Shown in pieces: positions 27,996 through 37,907 of a DNA stretch of 64,000 nucleotides. The stretch's first letter is position 1. Each line of letters begins with the position of its first letter. Under the pieces are notes generated by a model, which had not been told where the DNA came from, did no database searches, and saw nothing but the letters and a program-made list of their open reading frames with translations. The position numbers were made by a program, and so were the translations under genes. The stretch comes from an uncultured virus (IMG/VR IMGVR_UViG_2938983465_000007) (Duplodnaviria > Heunggongvirae > Uroviricota > Caudoviricetes): the IMG/VR virus record IMGVR_UViG_2938983465_000007. One strand, 5' to 3'.

Positions 27996-28919
27996 CTACT
28001 CGACCACCCGGAATGCATAGCCGACCAGCGCGCTGGTGTTGCCGAAATCGTTGGCTGTTCCGCGCTGCAGCAGAGGGAAGACGCGCCATGTGTCGGTTCC
28101 GATGGTGATCGAGTCCCCAGGCGCGAGGAAGTCCATCCGGCACAGACCGAAATCGGGCGCTTCGCCGATGTACCTCGAACGCTGCTGAGCGCCGAACGCA
28201 TAGATGGCGCACGGCACCACGTTGGTCGAGCTGTTCAGCTCGTTGGCGCTCGCGTCGATCAGCCCCACGTCGGGATGGTACTGACTGCTGTAGTTTCCGC
28301 GACCGGGGCCGACGACGCGCCGGGAGACGTTCGTTGTGTAGTCGAACGGCAACCAGTCCGGCGATGGGCTACCGTCGAGGCTGTCCAGCCGCAGCACGCT
28401 GCCGCCGCCACTGTACCGAATGTGATAGCCATCGAAGGGGTGCGACGACCAATTGTCTGTCAGCGCTTGGCCAGGGCTGTAGATGAACGAGCCGCAAACA
28501 TACTGACCGCCTGTATAGGCGACGCCACGCTTGTTCAGGGAGCCGATCATCACTGGACGGAACTGACCGGCAGCGATTTCGACGTGAAGGTGCAGATAGG
28601 CAGCGGTGGCGAACAGGTGATAGCGCGTGAATGGCCCGGCGCTGAGCTGCGCGATGGTCGGCCCTTTCGACGAATAGGGGTTGTACTGTACGGAATTGCC
28701 TGGCTGCGCGTTCCACGCCAGGCCGTTATCGAACCCCGTATTGCCGGCGAGCTGCCATTGATTGGAACCGGCGTTGAATGACCAGTAGCCGTCGGCGTTG
28801 TGACAAAGCCATTCCGATGCCGAGGCGCGGTCGGTGACCCAGCCGAGGGTTTCAGCGTGGGTGCGGAGCTTGCCCAGCAGATCCGACGGGTTGTTCGCTG
28901 TTCCGGTGAAGTAGGCCAT
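27996..28919 (-). CDS. Virion structural protein
   Basis: 307 aa in tail operon after tape measure. Confidence 0.75.
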   Translation of the reverse strand: MAYFTGTANNPSDLLGKLRTHAETLGWVTDRASASEWLCHNADGYWSFNAGSNQWQLAGNTGFDNGLAWNAQPGNSVQYNPYSSKGPTIAQLSAGPFTRYHLFATAAYLHLHVEIAAGQFRPVMIGSLNKRGVAYTGGQYVCGSFIYSPGQALTDNWSSHPFDGYHIRYSGGGSVLRLDSLDGSPSPDWLPFDYTTNVSRRVVGPGRGNYSSQYHPDVGLIDASANELNSSTNVVPCAIYAFGAQQRSRYIGEAPDFGLCRMDFLAPGDSITIGTDTWRVFPLLQRGTANDFGNTSALVGYAFRVVE

Positions 28920-28921
28920 GT

Positions 28922-29878
28922 TCAGTCCGCCCTAATTGCAAAGAGCCAGGGATTGCCAGACCGCCACGCCGTCTGGAAAACAACGTGATCGACTCCGTTC
29001 TCGGTGATGACGTCTTCGGCGCCGGAGTTGAGCGTCGGGACGTACCAGGCGCCGTCGAAGTCGCCCAAGTACCTCCTGCCTTCAGTTTCGCGGGTCACGA
29101 GGCTCAACGCCTTGAGGGGGAACTTCCCGAACGAATCCCGCAGCTGATTGACAACGGCTTCACTGCTGCCCGCATAACGGCCGCAGCCCAGCGGGAGGAG
29201 CGTCCGATTGCTGTAGTCAGATTCGTTGGCTGACCCACCTGCGACAGTGAAACCGAGCCAGCGCCCGGCGGGATCGCGGAGATAGCAGCTGCGCTCGTAG
29301 GGGCTGCTGATGCCCCGGTGCCGGTCGCTAACGTCGGACCAGCGGGTTGCAACGTCGCCACGGTAGGAGCCCACGACAGCCAGTGGATACGGGAACTGCG
29401 ACGGCGGACAGGGTGGCAGGATGAAGCCCGCGCCGGCCGACTCGTAAATCGTGCTGACCTTGACGACCAGCCAGAACCTGCGGCCGTTGGCGAAGAACCA
29501 GTAAGGCATCGGCTGGTTCCATGCCAGCAGTTGCACCCGCGGGCTGTAGTTGACGAAGGCTGTCCAGAAATCGCCACCGGGCGGGATCGCCCCAGCATTG
29601 AACGCCGTGCCGCCCATCAGGCGCAGGTTGTAGTAGTCCAGGGCGGTATCGCCGTAGCTCTGAATCCCCATGTAGATGGCGTCGGTGCCGCCCAGGCCAG
29701 GGGCGCGCAGAGTCACCTGGCGTACGGCTATAGCCGTGCCGGACGCGGGGATGGTGTTGTCGAAAACCATCTCGTAGGCCTGCCCAGCCGCGACCAGGTC
29801 TGGGTTCGCGGTGAGGAACTGGACGAGGCGCTCGACCAGGTTCTGGTGGTTCGTGGCTGTGCCGAATTCGGTGGCCAT
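28922..29878 (-). CDS. Virion structural protein
   Basis: 318 aa directly after tape measure. Confidence 0.75.
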   Translation of the reverse strand: MATEFGTATNHQNLVERLVQFLTANPDLVAAGQAYEMVFDNTIPASGTAIAVRQVTLRAPGLGGTDAIYMGIQSYGDTALDYYNLRLMGGTAFNAGAIPPGGDFWTAFVNYSPRVQLLAWNQPMPYWFFANGRRFWLVVKVSTIYESAGAGFILPPCPPSQFPYPLAVVGSYRGDVATRWSDVSDRHRGISSPYERSCYLRDPAGRWLGFTVAGGSANESDYSNRTLLPLGCGRYAGSSEAVVNQLRDSFGKFPLKALSLVTRETEGRRYLGDFDGAWYVPTLNSGAEDVITENGVDHVVFQTAWRSGNPWLFAIRAD

Positions 29879-32800
29879 CAGTTGATTCCCAGTAGTTGAC
29901 GGAATTTCTGCGGGTCGCGGCTGATGTGCAGAACCATTGCTTCGTCGCCGTAACGACCCGCCATCACATCACCGATGCGGCTGGGGTCGTCGACCAGGTA
30001 GAAGTTCTGGTTGTTCTTCAGCGTCGCGCTGAGATTCTTTGCGGGCTCTTGTAGACGCGAACCAGCCAAGCCCGGAGCGGGCATGGCCGGAGCAGGAGTC
30101 CCCATCAGGCCGCCCGTAGCGTGGCGGACCGGGTTCGCCCAGGCGCCCAGGGCAGCCATGCCATACCGGTTGAACTGCTCCAGAAACGCGAGTGCGCCGG
30201 GCTGCCGTACCACGGCGGCACGGGTCATGAACTCGTCGTTTGAGGCCAGGATCGGGATGCTGTCGCTGGTGCCGGTGCCCGGTCCTTGGATACGGCCGCC
30301 ATCGGCAAAGCCACCTCCGAAATACGCACTGGCGGCACTCATGCCCAGTTGCAACCAGCCCCCCCCACCGCCAGTGCCGCCAGCAGCACCGCCACCGAAT
30401 AGGCTGCTGAACAGGTTGCCGAACAAACTGGCACCCTGACCAAACACTCCAGCCAGCGCGCTCGCCAGAGTGCCACCGCCCGACGTGGTTGCTTCGCTGA
30501 TCGCGCTGCCCATTGCGGCTGCGCCTTCGGTCGACGCGGCAGCAATAGCAGCCGCTGGACCGGCTTGTCCGGCTGCAGAGGCTGCGCCGCCCAGCACCTG
30601 GCCACCGTTCGCTGCCGCTAGCGATGCGGCTGCAGCCTGAATCGCCGCGGCGCCGGTCACGAGAGTGCCTCCCGCGGTTGCCAGGGCGCCGGCCGATGCC
30701 GAGACCGCCGAGGCACCTACGGCCAGGTCTTTGCTGCCAGCGTCTTTGGTCTCGCCGAGTCCGAAGCTACTGAGCAACGATGCTCCGAGCTGCCTGGTCG
30801 CCATACGAGCGGAGTCGGCCGCGAGCGTACGGAGAAAGTCATCCAGGCTGGCCTTACCCGTTGTTACGGCGGAAACGACGCTGTTCTCCAGGCCAGACAT
30901 CGCGTTGCTGAACAGGTCGTAGGTCTGGCCCGCGACGTTCCTGGCCGAGTCGAGATAGTCGGCGAACGCCGAGCGGGCACCGTTGGTCCAGTCTGCCTGC
31001 GCGATCTGCAAGGCCGCGTAGTTGCGTTGGAGCTGCTCGGTCATCGCCGCGTGGTTCGCCTGCAGCTTCTGCAGCTTGTCGTTGTACTCGTCGAGGCTCA
31101 TGCCACGCGAGCCGTCGCCGTACTGGCTCGCCAGGTCCAGGCGCTGCTGTGCGAATCGGTCGTCAAGGCTGCCACGCTGATCGAACAAGCGGCGCTGTTG
31201 CGCGCCCATGCCCACGGCAGCGGCGGCACGTTGACCCTGGAGGGCCAGCGCATCCTGTTGTTGCTGGAGCGCATCGCTGTAGGCCTTGACTGCCTGGGCC
31301 TGTTTCTTCAGGCGCCCCTGTTCGTTGAGCTGGAGGACTTCCAGGTCGGCGTCTGCCTTCTTCTGCGCCTTGACCATGTTGTTCCTGGCCTCGGCGATCT
31401 TCTGGTCCAGGCTGATGCGCTGGGCCGCCGTGGTGGAACTTTTGTCGCGCAGCGCCTCCAGCGCCTGGATTTCCCCCTCATAGGCTGCGGTGACCTGGTC
31501 CTTGTTCTGGCTGATCAGTTCGCCGCGCTGCGCGACATAGTCCGCATAGCTCAGCAGGCCGGCGCGCTGCTGCGCCTGGAGCTTCTGCTCGGCGTTCCTG
31601 TAGTCGGCCTGCAACTGGTCCAGCTGGTTCTTCGCTTCGGTGACGGTGGACTGATCGAGTGGAGTACTCGGCCCCTTCGGAGTCTTCGGGTCTTTGTACT
31701 TCTGATCAATGGCCTTGCGAGCAGCGGCGATGTTTTCCGGCCGCAGGCGCTCGTCGTTCGGGTTCGTGGCTTGAATCGCGGCGATGCTGCGATCCAATTC
31801 CCGGTTCAACTTGTCCCGTTTCTCTTTATTGGTGCGAACAGTCTCCAGCAGCCGGTCCATACTCTGCTGACCGCGCGTGGCTTCACTATCCAAATAAGCC
31901 TTGAGCCGCGCCGCCTGGGCTTTCTCGCCTTCATCTTGAATTTCCTGAAGGGCATCGGTGAATTGCTTCCCGCGTTCCTCGTCCGACATTGAGTTGCGCT
32001 GGAAAGCCTTGCGCACCTCGTTGAGCCAGCCGAGCGGCCCGAAAACTGCGGCACTGGCAGCTGCCTGGCCTGGCTTGAACGCCGGACCGCTCAGTTGCTC
32101 CAGACGCTCTTCAGGCGTTTCCGTGCGGCCCACGCCGAGCATCTCGTCCCATGCACCTTTTGCGATGTCGCCAACAGTCCTCCACGCGCGCTCCATCGTG
32201 CCCAGGTTCTCGACGATCTGATTCGCCCGCTCGTCCATAGCCTGGCTATAGGCGTCCATGGCGAACTGGGCAGCACCCAGCGTGTCCCCCTGCCTCTCCA
32301 GGGCAGTGATCTGCTCGTACACCGAGGCCGTCAGGTAGTGATAGCGGTCATTGAGCTGCTGCGACGCCTTGACCGGATCATCGGCCAGCTTGGAGAACTC
32401 GGCCACGGTTTCAGAAACGGCCTTACCAGTCGCCTCCTGCATAGCAATCGCAGTGGTTCCGACCTGTTCGATCTGCTCGACCGTGAACTTACCTGTGGAA
32501 GTGATCTCCGACAGCGCGGCCACAGCTTCGTACCGTGTACCGTTCACTTTGGCAAGCGATGCGGCCATCGCTGCCAGCTGCCCAGCGCTGGTGCCGGCAT
32601 AGTTGCCGGTCAGGATGATTGATTCGTTGAGTTCGCTGGCTTCGTCGCTGCCTTTCTTGTAGGCATAGGCCAATGCGACAGCCGCCGCTGCGGCCGCCGC
32701 TGCAACGATGGCAAATGCGCCGCCAGCACTCCCCAGCCCTGAAAGCGCTCCCTTGGCGTTTTCCGCCGCTTCAGCCGTGGTGTTTGCCGTATCGGCCATG

Positions 32801-33729
32801 TCGGTGAAGCCGTCGCTGACATTGTCGGCCCCATCGGCAACCGCCGATTGCTCCTTTGCAACGGCCGCAAGGCCTTCGCCCACGGCAAGAATGCCGCCAG
32901 CATTTACGGAACTGGTCAGGCCGAAGAACGACTTGATCTTTTCACCGAGCGCCCTGAAGGTTTCCCCGACGCCACCGAAACTATCGGTGATCTGGCCGCC
33001 CTGCTGGATAGCGACCATCCAGACCGGCATGCCGCTGGCCAGACTGGTAACAACGTCAGTGATCTGTGCCGGCAACTGCCGCATCGCCTGCTTGTACTGC
33101 CCCGCGGACAGTCCGGCGACTTTCATCGCATCAGACGTTCCGAGCAGCCGTTCACGTTGTTCCTGGAGCCGCGCGCTGTAGGTCGCAAAGCCCTCGGGAT
33201 CAATCAGTTGGGAGTTCCTGGCCTGCCCCAGGCGTTTTTCCAGGTTGTCGAGCTTCTCCAGCTCACGCGTAACCGGATCGATCGCTCCCAGCAACTTGGC
33301 CAGCTCCGACTGCTGCTTGTCGAACTCGGCCGAGGCCTTGGCGGCGGCTTCGGCGGCTCGCTGCTCGGTCGCGATCTGCTGCTGCCTGGCACGCTCGGCG
33401 TTGTGGTAGGCGTTCATCGACGCCGATTGGGCGCGTGCGCTCTCCTGCCAACCGGCAGTTGCGGCGCGGGTTGAGGTGTTGAGCTTGTCGGAACTGTTGG
33501 CCAGGGCGTCGAACGCGGCCTGCTGCTGAAGGCTGGCCGCCACCATGGCCTTGAGCCGTGCCGCCTGTTGATCGGCACTCTCGCCGATCGCACTCAGCTG
33601 ACTGCTGGTGGCGGTGGCACTGGTACCGATCTGCTCGACCTGGCTGTTGATGTTATCCAGGGCCTGGGCGCCCTGATTCCCGTCAGCGCGGATGCGTAGT
33701 GCCAGATCAAGTTCTTTGCCCGTTGCCAT
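29878..33729 (-). CDS. Tail tape measure protein
   Basis: 1283 aa, Ala/Gln-rich; QLPAQITDVVTSL..QQGGQ motif; GPGTGTSDSI C-terminal motif. Confidence 0.93.
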   Translation of the reverse strand: MATGKELDLALRIRADGNQGAQALDNINSQVEQIGTSATATSSQLSAIGESADQQAARLKAMVAASLQQQAAFDALANSSDKLNTSTRAATAGWQESARAQSASMNAYHNAERARQQQIATEQRAAEAAAKASAEFDKQQSELAKLLGAIDPVTRELEKLDNLEKRLGQARNSQLIDPEGFATYSARLQEQRERLLGTSDAMKVAGLSAGQYKQAMRQLPAQITDVVTSLASGMPVWMVAIQQGGQITDSFGGVGETFRALGEKIKSFFGLTSSVNAGGILAVGEGLAAVAKEQSAVADGADNVSDGFTDMADTANTTAEAAENAKGALSGLGSAGGAFAIVAAAAAAAAVALAYAYKKGSDEASELNESIILTGNYAGTSAGQLAAMAASLAKVNGTRYEAVAALSEITSTGKFTVEQIEQVGTTAIAMQEATGKAVSETVAEFSKLADDPVKASQQLNDRYHYLTASVYEQITALERQGDTLGAAQFAMDAYSQAMDERANQIVENLGTMERAWRTVGDIAKGAWDEMLGVGRTETPEERLEQLSGPAFKPGQAAASAAVFGPLGWLNEVRKAFQRNSMSDEERGKQFTDALQEIQDEGEKAQAARLKAYLDSEATRGQQSMDRLLETVRTNKEKRDKLNRELDRSIAAIQATNPNDERLRPENIAAARKAIDQKYKDPKTPKGPSTPLDQSTVTEAKNQLDQLQADYRNAEQKLQAQQRAGLLSYADYVAQRGELISQNKDQVTAAYEGEIQALEALRDKSSTTAAQRISLDQKIAEARNNMVKAQKKADADLEVLQLNEQGRLKKQAQAVKAYSDALQQQQDALALQGQRAAAAVGMGAQQRRLFDQRGSLDDRFAQQRLDLASQYGDGSRGMSLDEYNDKLQKLQANHAAMTEQLQRNYAALQIAQADWTNGARSAFADYLDSARNVAGQTYDLFSNAMSGLENSVVSAVTTGKASLDDFLRTLAADSARMATRQLGASLLSSFGLGETKDAGSKDLAVGASAVSASAGALATAGGTLVTGAAAIQAAAASLAAANGGQVLGGAASAAGQAGPAAAIAAASTEGAAAMGSAISEATTSGGGTLASALAGVFGQGASLFGNLFSSLFGGGAAGGTGGGGGWLQLGMSAASAYFGGGFADGGRIQGPGTGTSDSIPILASNDEFMTRAAVVRQPGALAFLEQFNRYGMAALGAWANPVRHATGGLMGTPAPAMPAPGLAGSRLQEPAKNLSATLKNNQNFYLVDDPSRIGDVMAGRYGDEAMVLHISRDPQKFRQLLGIN

Positions 33730-33815
33730 GTCGAGTCACGTCAGAAAGGAGTGGCTCGCATGGTTACGCGCGCGCGCGAACGGGTCTTTGTGGCAAGCAA
33801 AAAAAACGCCCCGAA

Positions 33816-33959
33816 CTAAGTCCGAAGCGTCTTGAGGTGTGCTTTAGCGTCGTTGCCGCCGGCAAACGCCAGGTTGGTGTCGATGAACTGGTTAGCCCGG
33901 TGGTGGGACAGTCGCCGCTGCTCGGCATCGTAGAGCAGCAGGATCTGCCGCTCGGTCAT
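33816..33959 (-). CDS. Second tail assembly chaperone segment
   Basis: MTERQILLLY; ATGA overlap with 33956-34462; frame is open further upstream. Confidence 0.55.
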   Translation of the reverse strand: MTERQILLLYDAEQRRLSHHRANQFIDTNLAFAGGNDAKAHLKTLRT

Positions 33960-34462
33960 TCGACCGATGGTGCCTGGGGTTCCGTATCCTCCGGCGATGA
34001 GGCAAGCATAGATGTCTGCCCAACGGCCTTCCTGGCCTCTTCGGCTGCCCGTTCGGTTTGAATTCGGTCCACCACCGCCCCGATAAAGAAAGGGCCGTTC
34101 ACCAGCCACCAGACGTACAGCAGGAAGTTTCCATCCCGGTGCGGCAAACCTTTCACCCATTCTTCGTCGACGTCGGCCGCCACTGCCATCAGGTGCGGGA
34201 TGAGATCCGAGTGCTGGCCGAGCACCACCAGGATCTGCTCTAGGTCGGGAAGCACAGCCCCTTGACTGATGGCATACAGGTCATCGAGCAACGGCTGGAT
34301 CATGGGGCGTAGCCGCAGCCCTTCGACGAATCCGTACTCGCGCACGGTCAGCTTGCGGCCGGCGACCTCGATCTCGCGTTCGGGGTGCAGTATCTGCAGA
34401 TCATCCGCTCCTTGCGCAGCAGCGGGGCCGGGCTTGGCCTTACGTTCTACCTTGCGCCCCAT
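33956..34462 (-). CDS. Tail assembly chaperone
   Basis: Between tail tube and tape measure genes. Confidence 0.75.
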   Translation of the reverse strand: MGRKVERKAKPGPAAAQGADDLQILHPEREIEVAGRKLTVREYGFVEGLRLRPMIQPLLDDLYAISQGAVLPDLEQILVVLGQHSDLIPHLMAVAADVDEEWVKGLPHRDGNFLLYVWWLVNGPFFIGAVVDRIQTERAAEEARKAVGQTSMLASSPEDTEPQAPSVE

Positions 34463-34463
34463 G

Positions 34464-35216
34464 TCAGGCGCCCTTCTGCACGATGCGACCGAAGCCGCCC
34501 AGGTTGGCGTCGGCGGCGTTCAGGGTGTCGTATAGCACGCTACCCGTGAGCTGGAAGTTTCCGTACTCGTCGTTGATGAGTGCCAGGTCACCGACCGGGT
34601 CGAACTTGCAGCGGTACAGGGTCACGATCACCGGTTCCTGATTCTCGGTGTTGATGCCGTCCAGCAGGATGTAGCGCTCCGGCGGTGGTGAGGTGAACAT
34701 GGTGTAACCGGTGGCGACCTCGGAGGCATACGCGGCCTTGAACGGCTGGGTCTTGCCGGTGACATTCAGCAGCTCGATCAAGCCAGCCGTTGGAGATTCG
34801 ATACGGTAGTCCGTACCCAAGACCAGCTCCGCAGGCGTGGTGGCACTGTCGGTGAGGACCACCGAGGAGACGAACTGACGGTCCAGCTTCACGAAGTCGC
34901 CGGCCTTCAGATCGCCCTCAAGGACTTCACCGGTCACCGTGTCGGCGGGCAGCTCGATCTGCGAGGCCCAGATCGCCGCAGCGATGTTCTTCGGCAGCCA
35001 CTCGTCGTAGGTGATGTTGACGGTGGCGGTCTTTCCGCGCTGCAGGCGACCGTACTGCAGACGGTTGCCCGAGAACGACTCCGTTGTATTGGTGCTTTCG
35101 GTGGCCATCTGCAGGGTCAAGACCGGTACGTTTCCGGCCCACACAGGGCGGCTCAGCTTGCCGTTGGGCAGGCGCTCGCCGGCCCAGACCCGACCCTGGA
35201 AGGAAAACAGCGACAT
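34464..35216 (-). CDS. Major tail (tube) protein
   Basis: 250 aa; FSFQGRV..GNVP..ESFSGNR pattern; position. Confidence 0.75.
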   Translation of the reverse strand: MSLFSFQGRVWAGERLPNGKLSRPVWAGNVPVLTLQMATESTNTTESFSGNRLQYGRLQRGKTATVNITYDEWLPKNIAAAIWASQIELPADTVTGEVLEGDLKAGDFVKLDRQFVSSVVLTDSATTPAELVLGTDYRIESPTAGLIELLNVTGKTQPFKAAYASEVATGYTMFTSPPPERYILLDGINTENQEPVIVTLYRCKFDPVGDLALINDEYGNFQLTGSVLYDTLNAADANLGGFGRIVQKGA

Positions 35217-35219
35217 GAT

Positions 35220-35429
35220 TTACTCCTTGGCGGCGGGAGCCGCATCTTGAGTTTCGACCGTGATCTTCTGGTGCTGGACCAGGAAGGCCTTGTCGAGGGT
35301 GTTGACGTAGATTTCGGCGCCGGCCGGGTATTTCGTGCCGGCGTGCGTGTGATGAGCAGTGAGTGTCACCTTCTCCTCCTTCGGCACTGAGACGGCGGGG
35401 ATGTCCTGTTTCTTGGCGGGGGTGCTCAT
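35220..35429 (-). CDS. Small hypothetical virion-region protein
   Basis: HTHAG..Y..G motif; coupled in operon. Confidence 0.7.
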   Translation of the reverse strand: MSTPAKKQDIPAVSVPKEEKVTLTAHHTHAGTKYPAGAEIYVNTLDKAFLVQHQKITVETQDAAPAAKE

Positions 35430-35881
35430 GAGGTTCTCCCGATAGCGTGTTGGGTGTGATAGAGGTCGGCCCAGATCAAAACGGACGTGTCATAGTCCAC
35501 GGCTTGTCCCTGGATGAGTTGACAGTCACGGGCTCCCACCAGACCAGGCGGCACCCAGCCGATCAGGGCATCCCGCACCTGTCCCAGTACTGGACGTAGA
35601 TCGTCCATCGCGTTCTTGCCCTTGTTGTCCCGGTAGTTGCGGGTTGCGACCACAACACCGAATCGCACCTGGACCATCTGCCGGGTCGCTGCGCCGGGTG
35701 CTCCGGACGAGCGCGGCATCGGCGTTTCTTCGGCGAGGATCACGTAGGCGGTCGGTGTCCGGAAGTCGCGGACCGCCTTGATGGCAGCAAAGTCCGCCGC
35801 ACCGCCGACACTCTCCAAGACAGCTACCTGATCCTTCAGGCGCTCGATGATCAGGTTGTGATCGAATGGAGCGCTGGACAT
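35426..35881 (-). CDS. Tail terminator-like protein (Mu gp37-like)
   Basis: Follows gp36-like gene; VRDALIGW.P motif. Confidence 0.7.
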   Translation of the reverse strand: MSSAPFDHNLIIERLKDQVAVLESVGGAADFAAIKAVRDFRTPTAYVILAEETPMPRSSGAPGAATRQMVQVRFGVVVATRNYRDNKGKNAMDDLRPVLGQVRDALIGWVPPGLVGARDCQLIQGQAVDYDTSVLIWADLYHTQHAIGRTS

Positions 35882-35882
35882 G

Positions 35883-36392
35883 TCAGAAGTCCTTCAACTG
35901 ATCGAGGCTGAATGTTCGGCCCGGAGTCACCACCTGGGGAGCCCCGCTGGTGGAGTTGGCCACCGGGTCGTCCTGCCCCAGGGAGAACCGGCCCTCGGCG
36001 GTGAGCTGCAGAAATTTCAGGGCGTCCCGGTAGTCCCGAACGATCGGGTCTTTCTCCGCGCCTTCACCCAACCGGTCCTTATGCAACAGGTAGCGCGTGA
36101 TCGCCCGGTGCCAGCCGACCACGATGCCAAAACGCTGTTGCAGCGGCAGGTAACCACGTTGCTGCAGGAATCCGTCGATGAAGGACCGGGCATCGCTCAC
36201 CGCACTGTCGATGACCTCTACAGCGGCGTTGCCGACCTCGATCTCCTCCGGCGTCCACTGGTCCACCGGCAAGCCGCGCAGCAAGGCATCGAGCAGCTCG
36301 GTCTGGACCGCACGGTACTGCTGAGGCGTCGCGGCCTGGGACAACTCTTCCGCCCCAGGCCGTTCGGCCAGCTCCGGTAACGTGATGTACAC
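35883..36392 (-). CDS. Head-tail adaptor (Mu gp36/DUF1320-like)
   Basis: GTG start; YITLPEL...IDGFL..RGYLPL...ITRYLL...YRDALKFL. Confidence 0.8.
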   Translation of the reverse strand: MYITLPELAERPGAEELSQAATPQQYRAVQTELLDALLRGLPVDQWTPEEIEVGNAAVEVIDSAVSDARSFIDGFLQQRGYLPLQQRFGIVVGWHRAITRYLLHKDRLGEGAEKDPIVRDYRDALKFLQLTAEGRFSLGQDDPVANSTSGAPQVVTPGRTFSLDQLKDF

Positions 36393-36399
36393 AGCCACC

Positions 36400-36726
36400 T
36401 CAGCAGCCCTCGGGCTGAGCGATGGCGCGCACCAGGGCCATGACACCCGTCTGGATGTCGGTCTTGGCGATCGCAGCCCAGCGCAACGGCTCTGCAGCCA
36501 GGAAGCGACGAAGCTCGACACACTCCGGGCTCGACTCATGCTCAGGTGCCAGCTTCGACGCCTTTGCGGCGGCCTGCTTAACCTCCAGGTCCGTACTCAG
36601 CCGGCCGGCCAACGCGGCCTGCAATGCCAGCAGTTCCGCGCCTACGGCCTTGACACGGTTCATCAGGTCGATGTCGTCCTGAGTCAACTCGCGATAGCCG
36701 GCGATCTTGCGGTGCTGGTTGTCCAT
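36400..36726 (-). CDS. acb2: Anti-CBASS protein Acb2 (cyclic oligonucleotide sponge)
   Basis: MDNQHRKIAGYRELTQDDIDLMNRVK...EPLRWAAIAKTDIQTGVMALVRAIAQP closely resembles Acb2 as I recall it; Y11 and K26 present. Confidence 0.88.
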   Translation of the reverse strand: MDNQHRKIAGYRELTQDDIDLMNRVKAVGAELLALQAALAGRLSTDLEVKQAAAKASKLAPEHESSPECVELRRFLAAEPLRWAAIAKTDIQTGVMALVRAIAQPEGC

Positions 36727-36920
36727 CACAGCACCTCTGGAACGATCGCGCCGATGGGCAGGAGCTGGTCCGCCTGATCGCTGTTCAGCAGAATGCTGTC
36801 GCCAAAGGTGTAGGACTCACCGTCGTGATCCAGGCGTTCGCGTTTGACGATGTAGCGGTTCTTTTCGCCGACACCCTCGGTGTTGGGTGCATCCTGGTCG
36901 TTGCTCGTTTTACGGGCCAT
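36726..36920 (-). CDS. Small hypothetical protein after capsid gene
   Basis: MARKTSN...LDHDGESY..GD...QLLPIGAI; GGAG RBS. Confidence 0.7.
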   Translation of the reverse strand: MARKTSNDQDAPNTEGVGEKNRYIVKRERLDHDGESYTFGDSILLNSDQADQLLPIGAIVPEVL

Positions 36921-36966
36921 GAGATAGAAACTCCGAGGGCGACCCGAACGGCCGCCCAGTTGAGGG

Positions 36967-37896
36967 TTAAGCCGCGACGGCGTTCTCGAAGAAGAAGCCG
37001 AGGTCCGGTGCGGTGACCAGTTCCTTGACCGATTCACCAACACGGACGCGCTGACCACCGCGCAGGCCGATGTTCGGGTCGGCGATCGAACCGGACACGC
37101 GATCGCCCCACTGGCCGGTCAAGCCGAAGGTGGTGCCGTTGCGGGTATCGGCCAGGCGGTCGCGATAGATGAAGGACGCATGCGGCCCCCAGGCCCGAAT
37201 CAGGCTCGGGTTCTGTCCCGGCCGGGCGATGTTCAGCCGTGCTTCGCCGACGTAGATCGCCTCCAGCTCAAGCAGCTCCTGCAGGAAGGCCATCGGCACC
37301 ATGCCCTCGTCGCCGAGCGTGCCGTTGTATGCCTTCACGATCTTCGGGTGACGGCGCAGGATGGTGGCGGTGCGGCGGCCCAGGACGCCGATGTTCGGGC
37401 GCAGGATGACGCTGTCCAGGGCGTCGGTGATCTCCGGCAGCGGGTTGCTGGCCGGGTCGCTCCATTGATCGGTGCCAGACAGTGTCCTTTTGTTGCCCGC
37501 GGCATAGCTGTTGGGGTTGAAAACCAGCTTGGAAGTCCGAGCTTCGCGATCGAGCAGGATCAGGTTGGTGGTCTGCTCGGTGGCGTGGCCCAGGGGGTTG
37601 TAGTTCGTCGGCGCGTTGTCGATATCCGCCTGCGGCACCGGGGCGTCCAGGCCGTGGTCCTCGGTGCTGCTGGTTTCGTCGGTGGCGCTAAACTCCACTT
37701 CGTTCGGCTTGGACTTACGGCCGACCAGGGTTTCCGGCACGGTGAAGCCCTGGGCGAGGTCGTACTTCCAGTACTTGAACTCTTGCTTGCCGACCGGTAC
37801 GCGCGGCAGAACCTCGTCTGCGATCATCCGGCCGTTGCGGTAGGCGATGGCGATCGCCGTCAGTTCGGGATCGATGGGAAATGGTGCATTGCTCAT
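36967..37896 (-). CDS. Major capsid protein
   Basis: 309 aa; IDPELTAIAIAYRN...IADEVLPRVPV; follows protease and decoration genes. Confidence 0.85.
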   Translation of the reverse strand: MSNAPFPIDPELTAIAIAYRNGRMIADEVLPRVPVGKQEFKYWKYDLAQGFTVPETLVGRKSKPNEVEFSATDETSSTEDHGLDAPVPQADIDNAPTNYNPLGHATEQTTNLILLDREARTSKLVFNPNSYAAGNKRTLSGTDQWSDPASNPLPEITDALDSVILRPNIGVLGRRTATILRRHPKIVKAYNGTLGDEGMVPMAFLQELLELEAIYVGEARLNIARPGQNPSLIRAWGPHASFIYRDRLADTRNGTTFGLTGQWGDRVSGSIADPNIGLRGGQRVRVGESVKELVTAPDLGFFFENAVAA

Positions 37897-37907
37897 GGAG
37901 CGCTCCT

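Noticed and set aside
36727..36734. CACAGCAC copies at 4043, 36727 and 46567 as part of the RNA motif network
   Set aside because: They lie antisense to the local mRNA and lack the paired upstream element; compatible with chance
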